Source of the DNA: Octopus vulgaris
Taxonomy: Eukaryota
Assembly: GCA_951406725.2 (NCBI GenBank)
Contig: OX597834.1
Span: 29,326,001-29,390,000 of the forward strand
Length of the DNA: 64,000 nt
Reading direction: 5' to 3'
A program made the position numbers and the translations under genes. Under the pieces are notes generated by a model. That model was not told the DNA's origin. It saw only the letters and a program-made list of their open reading frames with translations, and made no database searches. Positions 12,201-24,869 of the stretch are shown here, in pieces (the stretch's first letter is position 1; each line of letters starts with the position of its first letter).

Positions 12201-12290
12201 TTGATGGAATCCGAGGTATTGTTCCACAGTGCGGGAAGCGAAGAAAACCTCTCCTTCACAGGTTACAACAAACAGAAATCCATATAGAGC
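12201..12290 (-). CDS. AHR: Aryl hydrocarbon receptor, PAS-A exon (equivalent to vertebrate exon 4)
   Basis: ttttctgtag|GCT CTA TAT GGA...TTC CAT CAA|gtaagt; 90 bp, phase 0 to 0. ALYGFLFVVTCEGEVFFASRTVEQYLGFHQ matches the AhR/spineless ALNGF...YLGFHQ motif. Confidence 0.96.
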
Positions 12291-12746
12291 CTACAGAAAA
12301 GACAAGTTATCATCATCATCATCAACATTACTAGTTATTAAGGATGGTAGATTGGTAGGATTATCTGTGTTAGACAAAATGCCTTGTTCAAAACTGAATT
12401 CAAAACTTGCTGAGGCCAACTTTGCTCATCATACTTTTTTGGAAACAGCAAAATAAAATACCAGTCATGTACTGGGATCAATACTTCTAATTATTCCCTA
12501 TTACCTCAATTTCAGACTTTAGCCTATATTAAAAACAATTTCTAGCAATTCATGTTCTGGCCTTGTACGAAAATTTGAAAGCCTTCTTCTTCTTCTTCTT
12601 CTTAGGTCCACTTTACCTTTCATCTGTTTTGGGGTCAATAAAATAAGTACCAGTTGAGCACAAGGGGGGCAGGGGAAATGTAATCAACTTATCTCATCCC
12701 TTGAAATTTCTGGCCTTTTTCAAAAATTTCAAATCATTATTATTAT

Positions 12747-12872
12747 TCGGTAGATTTATTTTTATCATGTGCTTTCACTGCCCTACCAAGTGCAGCTCTG
12801 TGCGCCTTGAGTATGTGCTGTAGTTTGCTGTGGCACTCTTATTTTCACTGTATTGGAAGTGCTTTATGTAGG

Positions 12873-12873
<1 letters not shown>
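12747..12873 (-). mobile_element. Extreme 3' end of an RLE-type LINE with (AAT)n tail
   Basis: Minus strand reads LHKALPIQ-stop (compare HILRKVL in other RLE ends here), then a UTR and an AAT tail. Confidence 0.45.
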
Positions 12874-12927
<54 letters not shown>

Positions 12928-12929
<2 letters not shown>

Positions 12930-13141
12930 GGTAGTGAGCTGGCAGAATTATTAGTATGCTGGGCGAAATGCTTAGCATTATTTCGTCTGCTGCTACATTC
13001 TGAGTTCAAATTCTGTTGAGGTCAACTTTGCCTTTCATTCTTTCAAGGTCGATGAAATAAATACCAGTTGAACACTAGGGTCGATGAAATCGGCACATCC
13101 CCTCTCCTAAAATATCTGCCCTTATGGCAAAATTTGAAGCC

Positions 13142-13145
<4 letters not shown>
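12928..13145 (+). mobile_element. SINE family B between (ATT)n tracts
   Basis: ggtagtgagctggcagaattattag...ctgagttcaaattc...gcctttcattctttc...gtcgatgaaat. Confidence 0.85.
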
Positions 13146-13190
<45 letters not shown>

Positions 13191-14709
13191 GTGCTGTAAA
13201 TTATCATTGTGGAACTCTTTCCTTTCATAAGAAGCAAAAGAGCAGATGCTCCAGCTTGGCCAGATAAAAACAGACCAACACTTCAGTGGTCAGTGGTAAA
13301 TAAATGATTGTGCTAATGTATGCATCCTCCAGCCCTTGCATGGCCTATCATAGATAGCCTTCTCTCACCAGCATAAGATATACATGACTGTTAACTGGAC
13401 CCTGGCGTTTATGAAGTCTATTTCTGTGCCTTGAATCCATCGATGCTGTAATCCATGGGGCACACACACATATACACATACAAACACATACACGCACACA
13501 TATATGCAAAGCACACAATACATATTTCTCATTCTATCTTATATAAATGAATGATGGATTCATAACCAAGAAATAGAGAATATAAAAAGACACAAGCAAA
13601 AAATAGAAAAGAAAATAATAAAACAACAAAAAGTCATGAAGCAAATCAAAGAAGAAAAATAGGAAAAGGTTGGAGGGGAAAAAAAGAACTGAAGTAAAAA
13701 AAATGGCAGACCATTGTCAAAATAATACATTTGTAATATTTTTAGTATTGGTGTGATGGATGCTTTATTATGTATATGGATACATAGTGGTAGGTATGTA
13801 TGTGTGCCTATGTGTTTGTGTGTACATGTATGTGTATATAAGTGTGCATACATATGCACATGAATGTGTGTTTATGTGCATATATATATATATATATAAT
13901 AATTATATGTACATAGACATATATTTACATATACATACATACATATGTATAGCTATATATGTATATAGAGGCACATATACACACACACACACATATATAT
14001 ATGTAAACATGCATAACATATGCATACTTACATAACAAACATATTCATGTGTGTGTATATATATATATATATGCACACACACACATATATATATGCACAC
14101 ATACACATATATACACATAAACACTAACATACATATAAATGGATACACACATATATATATACACCCCCATATTCTTAGCTTCTCCGTTACTTTTCTCTGA
14201 TTTCCTCATCTCATACATTGTACAATAATTGCATTGCCACCCGATTGCCTATCGAACCACCTTTCATAGGGTAACATTGGTGTGAGGTGATGGCTGGGTG
14301 GATGATGGAGGAATCTTTGAATGGGGTTTCACATAAACCAAGTAGAATTGTATAGTAAAAAGGAACCCATATTTATGAATACACACACATACGTGTGTAG
14401 ATAGAAACACATAGTAAAATACACAGGCACACTTATACGTTCATACAGCACCATCACATATATATAATGTGCATGTGTGTATATATATATATATACGCAC
14501 ATGCAATAGTTGTCTGCTCAATGCTGAGCTTCACTACCTCAAGTGTCCATGATGCTCAGTTCTGGCATGAAATTTTATGTGGCTTTTTAGCCAAGACATA
14601 TTTAAAAAAAGTTTTGGTGCTGCTTGAGCAGGCTGTGGCATCTCACCTTGATGAATGTTTCTTCAGATCTTGAGATTTATGTTTGTTCACACACACACAC
14701 ACACACAAA

Positions 14710-14885
14710 TGGCACCGGCCACAATCGGTTGGTCGTTTCTACGTGCCACCGACATGGAAGCCAGTCAAGGCAGCGTTGGCATCGGCCACGTACAGATGGT
14801 ACTTTTTACGTGCCACCGGCACAGGTGCCTGGGGAGGCTGGCAACAGCCACGAACGGCTGGTGCTTTTTACGTGCCACCGGCATG
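14710..14885 (-). mobile_element. Family C internal tandem region
   Basis: Three copies of ggtgctttttacgtgccaccggcac at about 60-bp spacing. Confidence 0.75.
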
Positions 14886-15266
14886 ATTCCTATTCATTGT
14901 ATTATTGTATAAGTAGCTGAGTACTTCACAGTTTGTTAAACCATTTACATAAACCTCAGACACAGTCACCGTAAATAAGTATGTGACAAATATGACAGGT
15001 TTCCACATAGTTTCTGTGCTCAAATTCATCCAAGTGTGTAGTAAAAAAACACTTGCCCAGGGTTCTATGTACTAGGATTGAACTCAAAAACATTATAACT
15101 GGGAAGCAGAGTTCTTAACCACTTGGCCATACCTTCATACCATCAGATAGACACATGTAAATGTATGATGAGAGGATGGGTGTGTGGTCAGCAATATATA
15201 GCAATCAGTGGGGAAAATGACTGCCCAACACTAATGCCAACACCATTACTACCACCCACCACCACC

Positions 15267-15298
<32 letters not shown>

Positions 15299-15419
15299 CA
15301 ATCACTTTGCCATCAGAGCAACAACAACAATAATAATATTCTTTTCTTTATTTCCTTCTATATTTATCTATTTGTTATTTTATTTATTTAATAATACCTA
15401 AATACAGAAGAAAAGGCGC

Positions 15420-15472
<53 letters not shown>

Positions 15473-15599
15473 TAGATAGATAGATAGATAGATAGTATGT
15501 ATGTATGTATGTATGTATGTATGTAGAGAAAGAGAGATATGCATGTATATATATATATATATGTATAAATACATATATGTATGTACACACACAAAAATG

Positions 15600-15641
<42 letters not shown>

Positions 15642-15697
15642 AAATACATATATGTACACACACACAAATATGTATATATAAATATATGTATTTATAC

Positions 15698-15739
<42 letters not shown>

Positions 15740-15770
15740 ATACATATATGTATATACACACACACAAATA

Positions 15771-15818
<48 letters not shown>

Positions 15819-17344
15819 CATACATACATATATGCTGTAGCGCACAAATGGATTGCTTCTTCTGTTACCGTTTCCAAAGAAAAGGAAGCAACAGCCATTG
15901 AAGTCATTGTCCACATGCCACCACCATGAAAGGGAAGAAACGGACAAAAACAGTCAGGCGAGCAGACGGACAGGACAAGCGGACAGATAGCATTCACTTA
16001 ACAAACGCAAAAAAAAAAAAAAAGTGGGGGGGAAAAAAAAGAAAGGAAGAAAATGACCAAAGCCAAACCAAACCAATAATCAATTTGCCTCTTTCTTCGC
16101 AGCACGAAAGACCAACCACAGAAAAACCCTTAGCCGAAGAATTCTTAACTCTCTTACCACCACCAACATCAGTTCCCACTTTCTATCCCCCCCATTTTGC
16201 TTTTTTTTTTTTTTTACGTTTTGCTGTTCTTCATGTTGATATTTATTTTTATTTTTCTTCTTCTTCCTGTTTAGGGTCTTTTATTTTTTTATTTTTTTAT
16301 TTTTGCTTGTTTTTGTTTGATATTTCTTCCTTTTGAATTCTTTTCTTATTTCCTTTTTCGTCCTTTTCGTCCTTCCTTTTTTCTTCTTTAGTCCTCTGCT
16401 TCTTTTTTTTCATCTTCTTCGTCTTTTTCTTTTCCTCCACCCACTCTTTCTTCTTCCTTCCTTCTTTGCAATCCATTTAACTTCTTCTTCTTAGCCCTTC
16501 TTCTGTTCCATTGTTCTTCCTCCTTTTCCTTTCCTTTTTTTTTTATTTCTGCCCCCCCCCCCCACTTCTCTTTGCAAAGCATTTACTAACCAATAATGCA
16601 TCAGCACCACCAAAGTTTCAGGCGTCACGATCACAGTTTGAGCAGAATTCACAATCTTGTAACAAGGATTCAGTTAAGCTGAAGTGCATGTGTAAAATCA
16701 ATGTGATTGGTTTGTATGTGCATGTGTGAGCGTGTGTGTGTGAGCATATGTATGTGCATACATGTGTGCATACATTTATCTGTGTGTGCAGTTATATGCA
16801 TCTATTTGTTTATTCATTAAAAATATAAACACCTGAATCTATGTATACAGAAACATATGCAAATAATAACATAATCACCATCCTCTATACATGCAGAAAC
16901 ACACACACACACACATACACACACACATATACAGCTACCTTCACACTCACACACAATCACTTTTACACATATGCAGAAACACACACACACAGCTACCTTC
17001 ATACTCACACACAATCACCTTCACACATGTGTGTTGAACCCAATTAGAAACACATCTAATATTTTCATATTTTCCTGTCAAAAACTCTGAGGGCCAGATA
17101 CAGGTCAACATGTCAACCCCGACAGGTAGGCATCCACAAAAGCCATTTTAGATCGAATCTGTGGAACTTCTGACAATGTGAGAAATCACAATTATTCTTT
17201 ATTGTTTGTTGTTGTTGTTAGCTTCAGGTCAGTTTGACTGAAATCGGAAGTCTTTGATACAGTATGACAAATATTACATGATGGTCATATTTGGGATTCA
17301 AACAGTTATTTGACCAGGAGATAAACATCGACACAACCCCTAGC

Positions 17345-17376
<32 letters not shown>

Positions 17377-18106
17377 CAGCAGCAGCAGCAACAATAATAA
17401 CTATATCTCATGAACACCAATCTAACACGTGCACCTTCACACATTTCATCAACTAGCTAGAAATAACAGCTAAATCTACTTTAAATAACATCTTGCTGTC
17501 TCAAAACAGTAAAGATACAATCCAAAATACACCAGGCTAACTTAATAGACAAAATCATCTTTGACTATCAAAATTTTTTTTAGACCAGAGCTAACCTAGG
17601 TTGTGGTGGGGTGCTAAACAATCACAAAAATAACAATATCAAGAACACAAATGGCTGAGCCTCAACCTGGTCGTTCAATATGCTAGAAAGTAGTGAAACC
17701 TCTCTGGAGCTATCTAAAAAAGGAAGGTCATATTGGATAATGCAGATCTTGAGAAACAGTGGCTAAAAGTAATAGGAGTTGGTCATGGTTAGAGTATCAA
17801 TACCATGGGCTTCCTCAGTTAGAGATAATCTGGAGATAAACAACAACAAAAAAATCAACAATAATCCTATCTGTGGATTAACCCTCTGTTAGTTATACAT
17901 CTTAAATAGTTTGCTTGAGCAGCAGAGCTGGCCAGAGATAATAGGTGATTCTGTATGTGGTCATTCAATCTGCTAGAAATATCAGCTAAATCTCCAACGA
18001 GCAAATGGAGTAAGTGTCTTCTAATATAACCACAGGTTGATCAATGGCTTGTGAAGGAATTTGGTAGATGGAAACTGCAGTAAACCCATCATATATATAT
18101 ATATAT

Positions 18107-18540
18107 AAGAGAGACAACTGCACTGGTATGGTCATGTGATGCATATGGACGAGGGCAACTGCGTAAAGAAGTGTCAGTCTTTAACTGTGGAGGGAACCTG
18201 TGGTAGAGGAAGACCTGGGAAGACATGGAACGAGGTGGTGATGCATGGTTTTTGAATTTTGGGCTTCACAAAGGAAATGACTGGTGACTGAGACCTTTGT
18301 CGAAATGCTGTGCTTGAGAAGACCCATCAAGCCAAGTAAAATTGTAGCTGTGGCTGATGCTAGTGTGATGTAGCTGGCACCTGTGCTGGTGATATGTAAA
18401 AAAACACTTTTCAATTGATAATCCTCACAGAGGCAAAGTGCTTGAGCCCCCTTCGAGTGTTGGGCCTCATGGAGGCAATGACTGAAACCTTTGGCATTAT
18501 GTTGTGTTTGAGAAGACCCATCAAGCTGAGTAAAAATCAC
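18107..18540 (+). mobile_element. RTE-clade LINE 3' fragment (pseudogenic ORF end plus UTR)
   Basis: Translates ERQLHWYGHVMHMDEGNCVKKCQSLTVEGTCGRGRPGKTWNEVV with stops, the RTE C-terminal LRWxGHVxRM...RGRPRKTW motif. The 3' segment gagaagacccatcaagc is duplicated. Confidence 0.85.
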
Positions 18541-18937
18541 CAGGTTTCCACCAAAAAAAAATTATTATTGAATATTTTCTACATCCTTCAAACTCTTTAC
18601 TAATGAAATAGCAGAACTGAGTTGACATTCATATAACTCTTCTTTCTTCATCAGTGGTTGATGGACAAGATTAAAAAACTTAAAAAACACCCCAATCTTA
18701 TTATACATGGTGAGATGTTGGCCCATCCTTTTCTAACGTTCACAGCTACCTCCAACCAGAGAAGAATCACTGCAAAAAGGACAAAAGATAGAATGGTTTC
18801 TCATGGCTGGAACGTATTTGATTGTAGATCAACTTGACATGGCTGACCTTCAGCTAAAGGACACCTACTAATACAACAACTACTACAGCAACAACAACAA
18901 CAAAAACTGCAATGACAGCGACAACATCAATACCTAC

Positions 18938-19035
18938 CTGTAAAATACTGTCTCCTTCTGAAAAGCCAGGCTCTGGGAAGAGGTGTGACCGGTTCAATAA
19001 ATGGCTCTCTATGGAATAACGGTCGGGTAACACTG
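18938..19035 (-). CDS. AHR: Aryl hydrocarbon receptor, coding exon for the bHLH-to-PAS-A linker (equivalent to vertebrate exon 3)
   Basis: Minus strand reads tttcttttctgatatttcag|CA GTG TTA CCC...ATT TTA CAG|gtaggt. It is 98 bp, phase 1 to 0, and translates (A)VLPDRYSIESHLLNRSHLFPEPGFSEGDSILQ, joining in frame to ALYGF... in the AhR pattern EGE-x-LLQ-ALNGF. Confidence 0.88.
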
Positions 19036-19496
19036 CTGAAATATCAGAAAAGAAAATTTATATATATATATATATGGACACACACACACTTGTATACATG
19101 CATACATACATCACATACATATGTATGTGTGCGTGTGCATGTGGGGATGGATGGATGGATGGATAGAGAGATTGATAGATAGATAAAAAGATAAAGAGAG
19201 ACAGACTGATAAGTAGTGAGATAGAGATATACAAGTATTGAAAAGTGGATGTTGAACAAATATCTCTTGAGATGCTTGTTTAGCATCAAGTTATGGATAC
19301 TATCATGTCACTTTGACCATCAAAAATGCAGTGAACTAGATCTCCTCCTACTGGAAATCTGCAACTGATTGTCACTTAAAATGGGGTTTCTATCATAGAA
19401 CAGTCTCAGGCAGGTTGGTATCAAAATGCTTAAGGCACTTTCATATCAACATGTGGAGACCACCTTCACTCTCCTTTATACACACACACATATGTA

Positions 19497-19550
<54 letters not shown>

Positions 19551-19553
<3 letters not shown>

Positions 19554-19724
19554 AAAGTTTACGAAAAAAAGCAAAAGACGAAGGCAGGTGGTGTATAAAA
19601 CAAACAGATGTATTAGTATAGCGCTCAGGAATAGAAAAGGGCTTTTATGTTTCGAGCCTATGCTCTTCTACAGAAAGGTACACAGAAAAAAACAAGAGAG
19701 AAAAAAAATGTGTGTAGTGGCTAA

Positions 19725-19728
<4 letters not shown>
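19551..19728 (-). mobile_element. Family D repeat (hammerhead-like), sense to AhR
   Basis: Reverse complement of 2549-2732, embedded in (TA)n. Confidence 0.78.
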
Positions 19729-19771
<43 letters not shown>

Positions 19772-20027
19772 AAATTTGTTTACGGGAACCATTTTGCATA
19801 TGCAAATAAAGCTCATATTCCATAATGCCAGCCACAATCTAATGATGTTGATTGGTGATACCAGATCTTTGGGGTTGCATCAAGCTGTTCTGATATAATG
19901 TAGGATAAATATGATAATAATAACAATAATCTTTGGATGGAATTTATAAACATTAAAATGTTTCTAAATTCCATCTTAAGGATTATTGTTATTATTATTG
20001 TAGGTATATATATATATATGATCTCTT

Positions 20028-20228
20028 GAGCATCACCAGCAAAAATATTTTTTCCTCTGTCTTCCCTTCTTGGGATCTTTCCTTCTCCTTGTTTCCGACA
20101 AAGAGCTCCGCTCGAAACGTTAAACCCTCCTTCCCTTCTTTCCCGAGCGTCAATAATACTTTAATTGTTCCACGTCCTCGAGTTGCTGTGTTTTTTTTCT
20201 CTTTTTTTCTGTGTTTTCTTGTTTGGAT

Positions 20229-20233
<5 letters not shown>
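20028..20233 (+). mobile_element. Family D-related TA-embedded repeat with a degenerate hammerhead core
   Basis: GTTT-CCGACAA-A-GAGC-tcc-GCTC-GAAAC-GTT-AAAC; same architecture as family D. Confidence 0.6.
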
Positions 20234-20288
<55 letters not shown>

Positions 20289-20387
20289 CCTTATATCTTC
20301 AGGTATTTATATTTAAAACCTTCAATTATATTTTATGCAAAATATTTTGTTAAATTGCATTTCAAATACCAACTTAATTATTATCGA

Positions 20388-20610
20388 CACAAGGCCTGAT
20401 ATTTTGTGGGAGAGCAGTAGTTAGTTACATCAACCCCAGTATTCAACTGGTATTATTTCATCAACCCCAATGCTTAACTGGAACTTATTTCAACAGCCTC
20501 GAAAGGATGACAGGCAAAATTGACCCAAACAGAACTTGAACCCTGAATGTAATGACAGACAAAATTGCTGCTATGTATTTTGAGCGGTGAAAAATTCTGT
20601 CAGCCATCTT
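20388..20610 (-). mobile_element. Old SINE family B copy
   Basis: aaccccag...aactggtattatttc...cgaaaggatgacaggcaaaattgac...gaacttgaac. Confidence 0.65.
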
Positions 20611-21081
20611 ATCAGCTTAATTAAAAGTGAAGTTACTTATACACAAAATTCTTTCAAAATCAAAATGATGATTTTTTTTTTTTTGAATCAATTAAAACAC
20701 ATAGTGCCAATCATTAGGAAAATGATTACAAAAGATTAATTAATGCTCAGAAAACCATTTATATATACAAACATTTCAAGGCCTTAATTTTTATCACCAC
20801 TCTACTTGACACCATGTTAGCCAAATGGACAAAAGGCAAAGTTGATTCAAGTAGAATTAAAATATATAGTATTGATGGAATAAACTAAACATTGCTTGTT
20901 GTGTGCGTGTCATAGAAATGCTATATAAAACAATTGAAATCAAATTGAATTGAGTTTTCTCCTTAGAGTCTCAATATGTGACTGTGTATGCGGATATTAT
21001 ATGAATGTGTATGTATTTATGTATTTGTGAGCATGTACATGTATGTATATACATACATATACACATATGTATACATGTATA

Positions 21082-21164
<83 letters not shown>

Positions 21165-21327
21165 TCATACATACACTCACACACACCAATATATAAATAT
21201 AGATAGCTAGATTGATAAATGAATAGACAGACACAGGCATGCACGCACACACACACACATATGTATCTATGTGTATACATTTATATATGTATGTATATAT
21301 GTGTGTATGCAAATATATGAGTTTGTG

Positions 21328-21369
<42 letters not shown>

Positions 21370-22061
21370 GGCACATAACACATAACATCTAGAATGGAAA
21401 ATTATAAAACATGACAGAACAACTTCAGGGATTTCTATTCTAAAATAGAAAATAGCAGAACGAAATGAAGTATTGTGGTGATGGTGGTGGTAGGGTGGTA
21501 TTAGTGTTGGTGGTGGCAGCAGTAGTTGTGGTGGTGGTGGTGCAAGTGATAATTGAAAGTCCTAAATTCAATTTATTTATTGTTGCTAGCATTGTTGTTG
21601 TTGTTGTTGTTGTTTAAGCATAGGTCAGCCCTGACTCAGCTGAACTATTAACAGAATCAAAGAGGTTCCAGCTCTGACAATTCTTTTTGTCAAGCATTGT
21701 CTATCTAGGATTACAATGTCTAATGTGTTCCTTTTGTTTTTAAGATGGTTGGTCGAAATTTGTATGACATTTGGCTGCTCTTTCTTGCATTGTTGTTGTT
21801 CTTGTTACTGATGATAAAAATGGTGGTGGTGGTGGTGGTGGTGGTGATATTGACAATGGATGATTGTGATGGCAACGGCGATAATGATGAGGATGGTGGT
21901 GGTTTTAAGGAGGAATAATGATGATGATGAAGACAACAACAATGATAAGGATGAAAACAATGTCAATGATGATGATGATGATGATAGTTGTGATGATCTG
22001 GATGTTGGTGATGATGATGATGATGATGTCTTATATCATATTGTAATATAGAGTCTACCCT

Positions 22062-22277
22062 AAGGTGGTGAACTGGCAGAATCGTTAGCACATCAGGCGA
22101 AATGCTTTAGCGGTATTTCATCTGTCTTTACATTCTGTGTTCAAATTCCACCAAAGTCAACTTTGCATTTCATCTTTTCGCAATCAATAAATTAAGTACC
22201 GGTTGCGTACTGGGGTCGATGTAATCGACAGGCCCCTTCCCCCAAAATTTTCAGCCTTGTGCCTAGAGTAGAAAAAA
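22062..22277 (+). mobile_element. SINE family B
   Basis: aggtggtgaactggcagaatcgttagca...gttcaaattcc...tactggggtcgatgtaatcgac...gcctagagtagaaa. Confidence 0.85.
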
Positions 22278-22346
22278 ATATAGTGTCTACCCATAATGAA
22301 CTAAATAATATATGTGGAATATCCAGGGAAGAGGGACATTAATGGT

Positions 22347-22450
22347 GGTGTTAGAGACAAAGTTGTTAGACAGTGTTAGAGACAATGTTGTTGGTGGTGG
22401 TGTTAGAGACAATGTTGTTAGACAGTGTTAGAGACAATGTTGTTGTTGTT
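22347..22450. repeat. Minisatellite, about 25-bp unit gtgttagagacaatgttgtt(agaca/ggtggtg), 4 copies with dimeric higher order
   Basis: Directly visible alternating units. Confidence 0.85.
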
Positions 22451-22776
22451 GGTGGTGGTGGTTATGTTGGTAATAATGGTATCTTTGATGGGGATGGTGA
22501 AAGAAGTCATGGCAGTGGTGATGGTGATGGTAGATATAGTGATGGAGATGGTATTGGAGTTGTTGTTTAAGTTGGTTGAGGTGGTGGTGATGTGCTAGTG
22601 ATGATGATGGTGTTAGTGGCGGTGATGGTGGTGTTAGTGGTGTGGGTGGTGGTGGTAGTAAATTGACGAACAATCCAGTCTTATTTTCTCTCTTCAAATG
22701 GAAATGATTTTTCAGTAACAATTGGTGCTTCATTGGATTCTTCCTTGATTACTCTGCCACCATGTATGGGTGTGTG

Positions 22777-22809
<33 letters not shown>

Positions 22810-23063
22810 CTGCATGTGTGTGCTTGTGTGTATATATGTATGTGTGCATGTCTTTGCATATGAGTGTGTATCTATGTGTGCATATATGTGTATATGAATG
22901 CTTACATGCATGCATATGTATGTGTGTATATATGCACACGTGTGTGTGTGTGTGTGTGTGTGTAGAGTCTGTGTTGACCTCAAAGTCATGAATAAAATGG
23001 AACCCTAGAATTATTTCCTCATTTTCTGGAAGCTAAAACTAACAAAACTGTGAAGGAAACAAA

Positions 23064-23086
23064 TTATTATTATTATTATTATTATT

Positions 23087-23168
<82 letters not shown>

Positions 23169-23246
23169 GCAATGATAATATTTATAAGATAAATGACAAT
23201 ATTAATAGAAATAATGGTTTCTATTTTTGCCGCACAGGCAAAAAGA

Positions 23247-23312
<66 letters not shown>

Positions 23313-23390
23313 TTGACAATGATGTCGGTGATGATGATGACGACAATGATGATGACAATAAGGCAAAAAATAACGATAATATTAATAATA
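23064..23390. repeat. (TTA)n/(ATA)n microsatellites
   Basis: Directly visible; a (TTA)n run abuts an (AAT)n run and so is self-complementary. Confidence 0.95.
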
Positions 23391-23928
23391 AGAGAACCCC
23401 CCCTTCTATTCTTCTTTTGTGTCCTGCCCCCCTGTCTATCTGCTTCCACCACCAACAACATTGTACCGCATGCTTCCCCAATAGAAATGGCAGGTCTGTT
23501 ATGACAAATAATGGGGAGAGTTTTCTCTAACGGAGAAAAATATGTCCAGGCTGAATGAACTCTCTAACCCAAAAGTCTTGTGTAAAGAGGGCCCCGAGAC
23601 GGTTAAGACACAATTTATGATTGATCTGATGATCATTTCTCGCCTTAATAACATCTTACTGGTCTGGGCCTGTCGTCTTTCGGGGCAGATAAACAGATGA
23701 GTTTGCTTCGAGACTATTCATTTTTGAATGTAAATCTTCTCTGGAAATTCATAACGGCAGCACCCATCCTTTGGTGTTTAGTCAAAACATTTTGGCATTT
23801 TTTTTGTTTGTTTTGATGTTTGTTGGTTTGTTTTATTCATTCTTCCGATCATAGAGGGGGAAAAAATAAATAAACAAACATAGTTTTAAACAGAAATGAT
23901 GATATTTATTACCAGTGTTATCATTATC

Positions 23929-23964
<36 letters not shown>

Positions 23965-24500
23965 TTTAATATTTTCATCATCACTATTCTTCTTATTTAT
24001 TTATTTATTTATTTATTTGTTTATTCATTATAAAGTGTTCATTTGTTGGAGAACAAGGGATGATACAAGAATGAAAAATACTAACAGCACTAGATAAAGA
24101 AGGAAGAAATTCATACCACCCAAGACCACCCCCAAAGAACCTGGCAAGTGGATAAAATAAAGACATAAGTAAAAAAAATAACGTAAAAAGAAAACAAATA
24201 AATAATTAATAAAGACAACAAAGAAGCCCCATGACCATAAGGTGTGGCATGTTGCACTTGAAACTGAGTTGAGTCTGGAAATATATATGATGGACGAGGA
24301 CATCAGCTTGGAAGAGGAGGGCAATATTTTGAAAGATAGAGAGGGAAAGAGGGAGGAGAGAAGTGACAGTGAGGGATTTAATGATGAGGAAGAAAATGCA
24401 GAAAATATGAGCTGGGACTTCACTAAATATAGTAATTAGAAGAATTGATTAAACAACTGGGTTGGCAATATGATATGATATATATATGTGTGTTTGTGTA

Positions 24501-24533
<33 letters not shown>

Positions 24534-24869
24534 TGGTGTGAGGGTGAATTATATCATTTAATAGATATGACAGTTAAGATACATATATACCTTCATACAC
24601 TTATACACATATGCAACTATATATATATATATACATATATATATATACAAACATATATATATGTATACATGTATATATATATATATATATATACAAACAT
24701 ATATATATGTATACATGTATATATATATATACAGCCACACTCGCAGATGGATGGATGGATGGATGGATGTGTGTATGCATGTGTTTAGAAACCTTTACCT
24801 TGTAAAAGTTTCATAAATATGTACTTGACATAAAAACAAATATTAATATATATATATATATGTACTTTT

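Noticed and set aside
12221-12231. CACAGTG (RSS heptamer / Transib-like terminus)
   Set aside because: It lies inside the AhR exon (codons R-T-V), and there is no partner TIR or nonamer.
16725-16740. GCGTG xenobiotic-response-element cores suggesting AhR autoregulation
   Set aside because: They occur as point variants of (GT)n tracts and are expected by chance throughout the window.
22347-22450. CRISPR-like repeat-spacer pattern
   Set aside because: The spacers are 5-7 bp and themselves repeated, the context is eukaryotic and there are no cas genes; it is a minisatellite.
24242-24439. Acidic 65-aa ORF on the + strand
   Set aside because: It is a purine-rich low-complexity sequence with no recognisable domain or exon partners.
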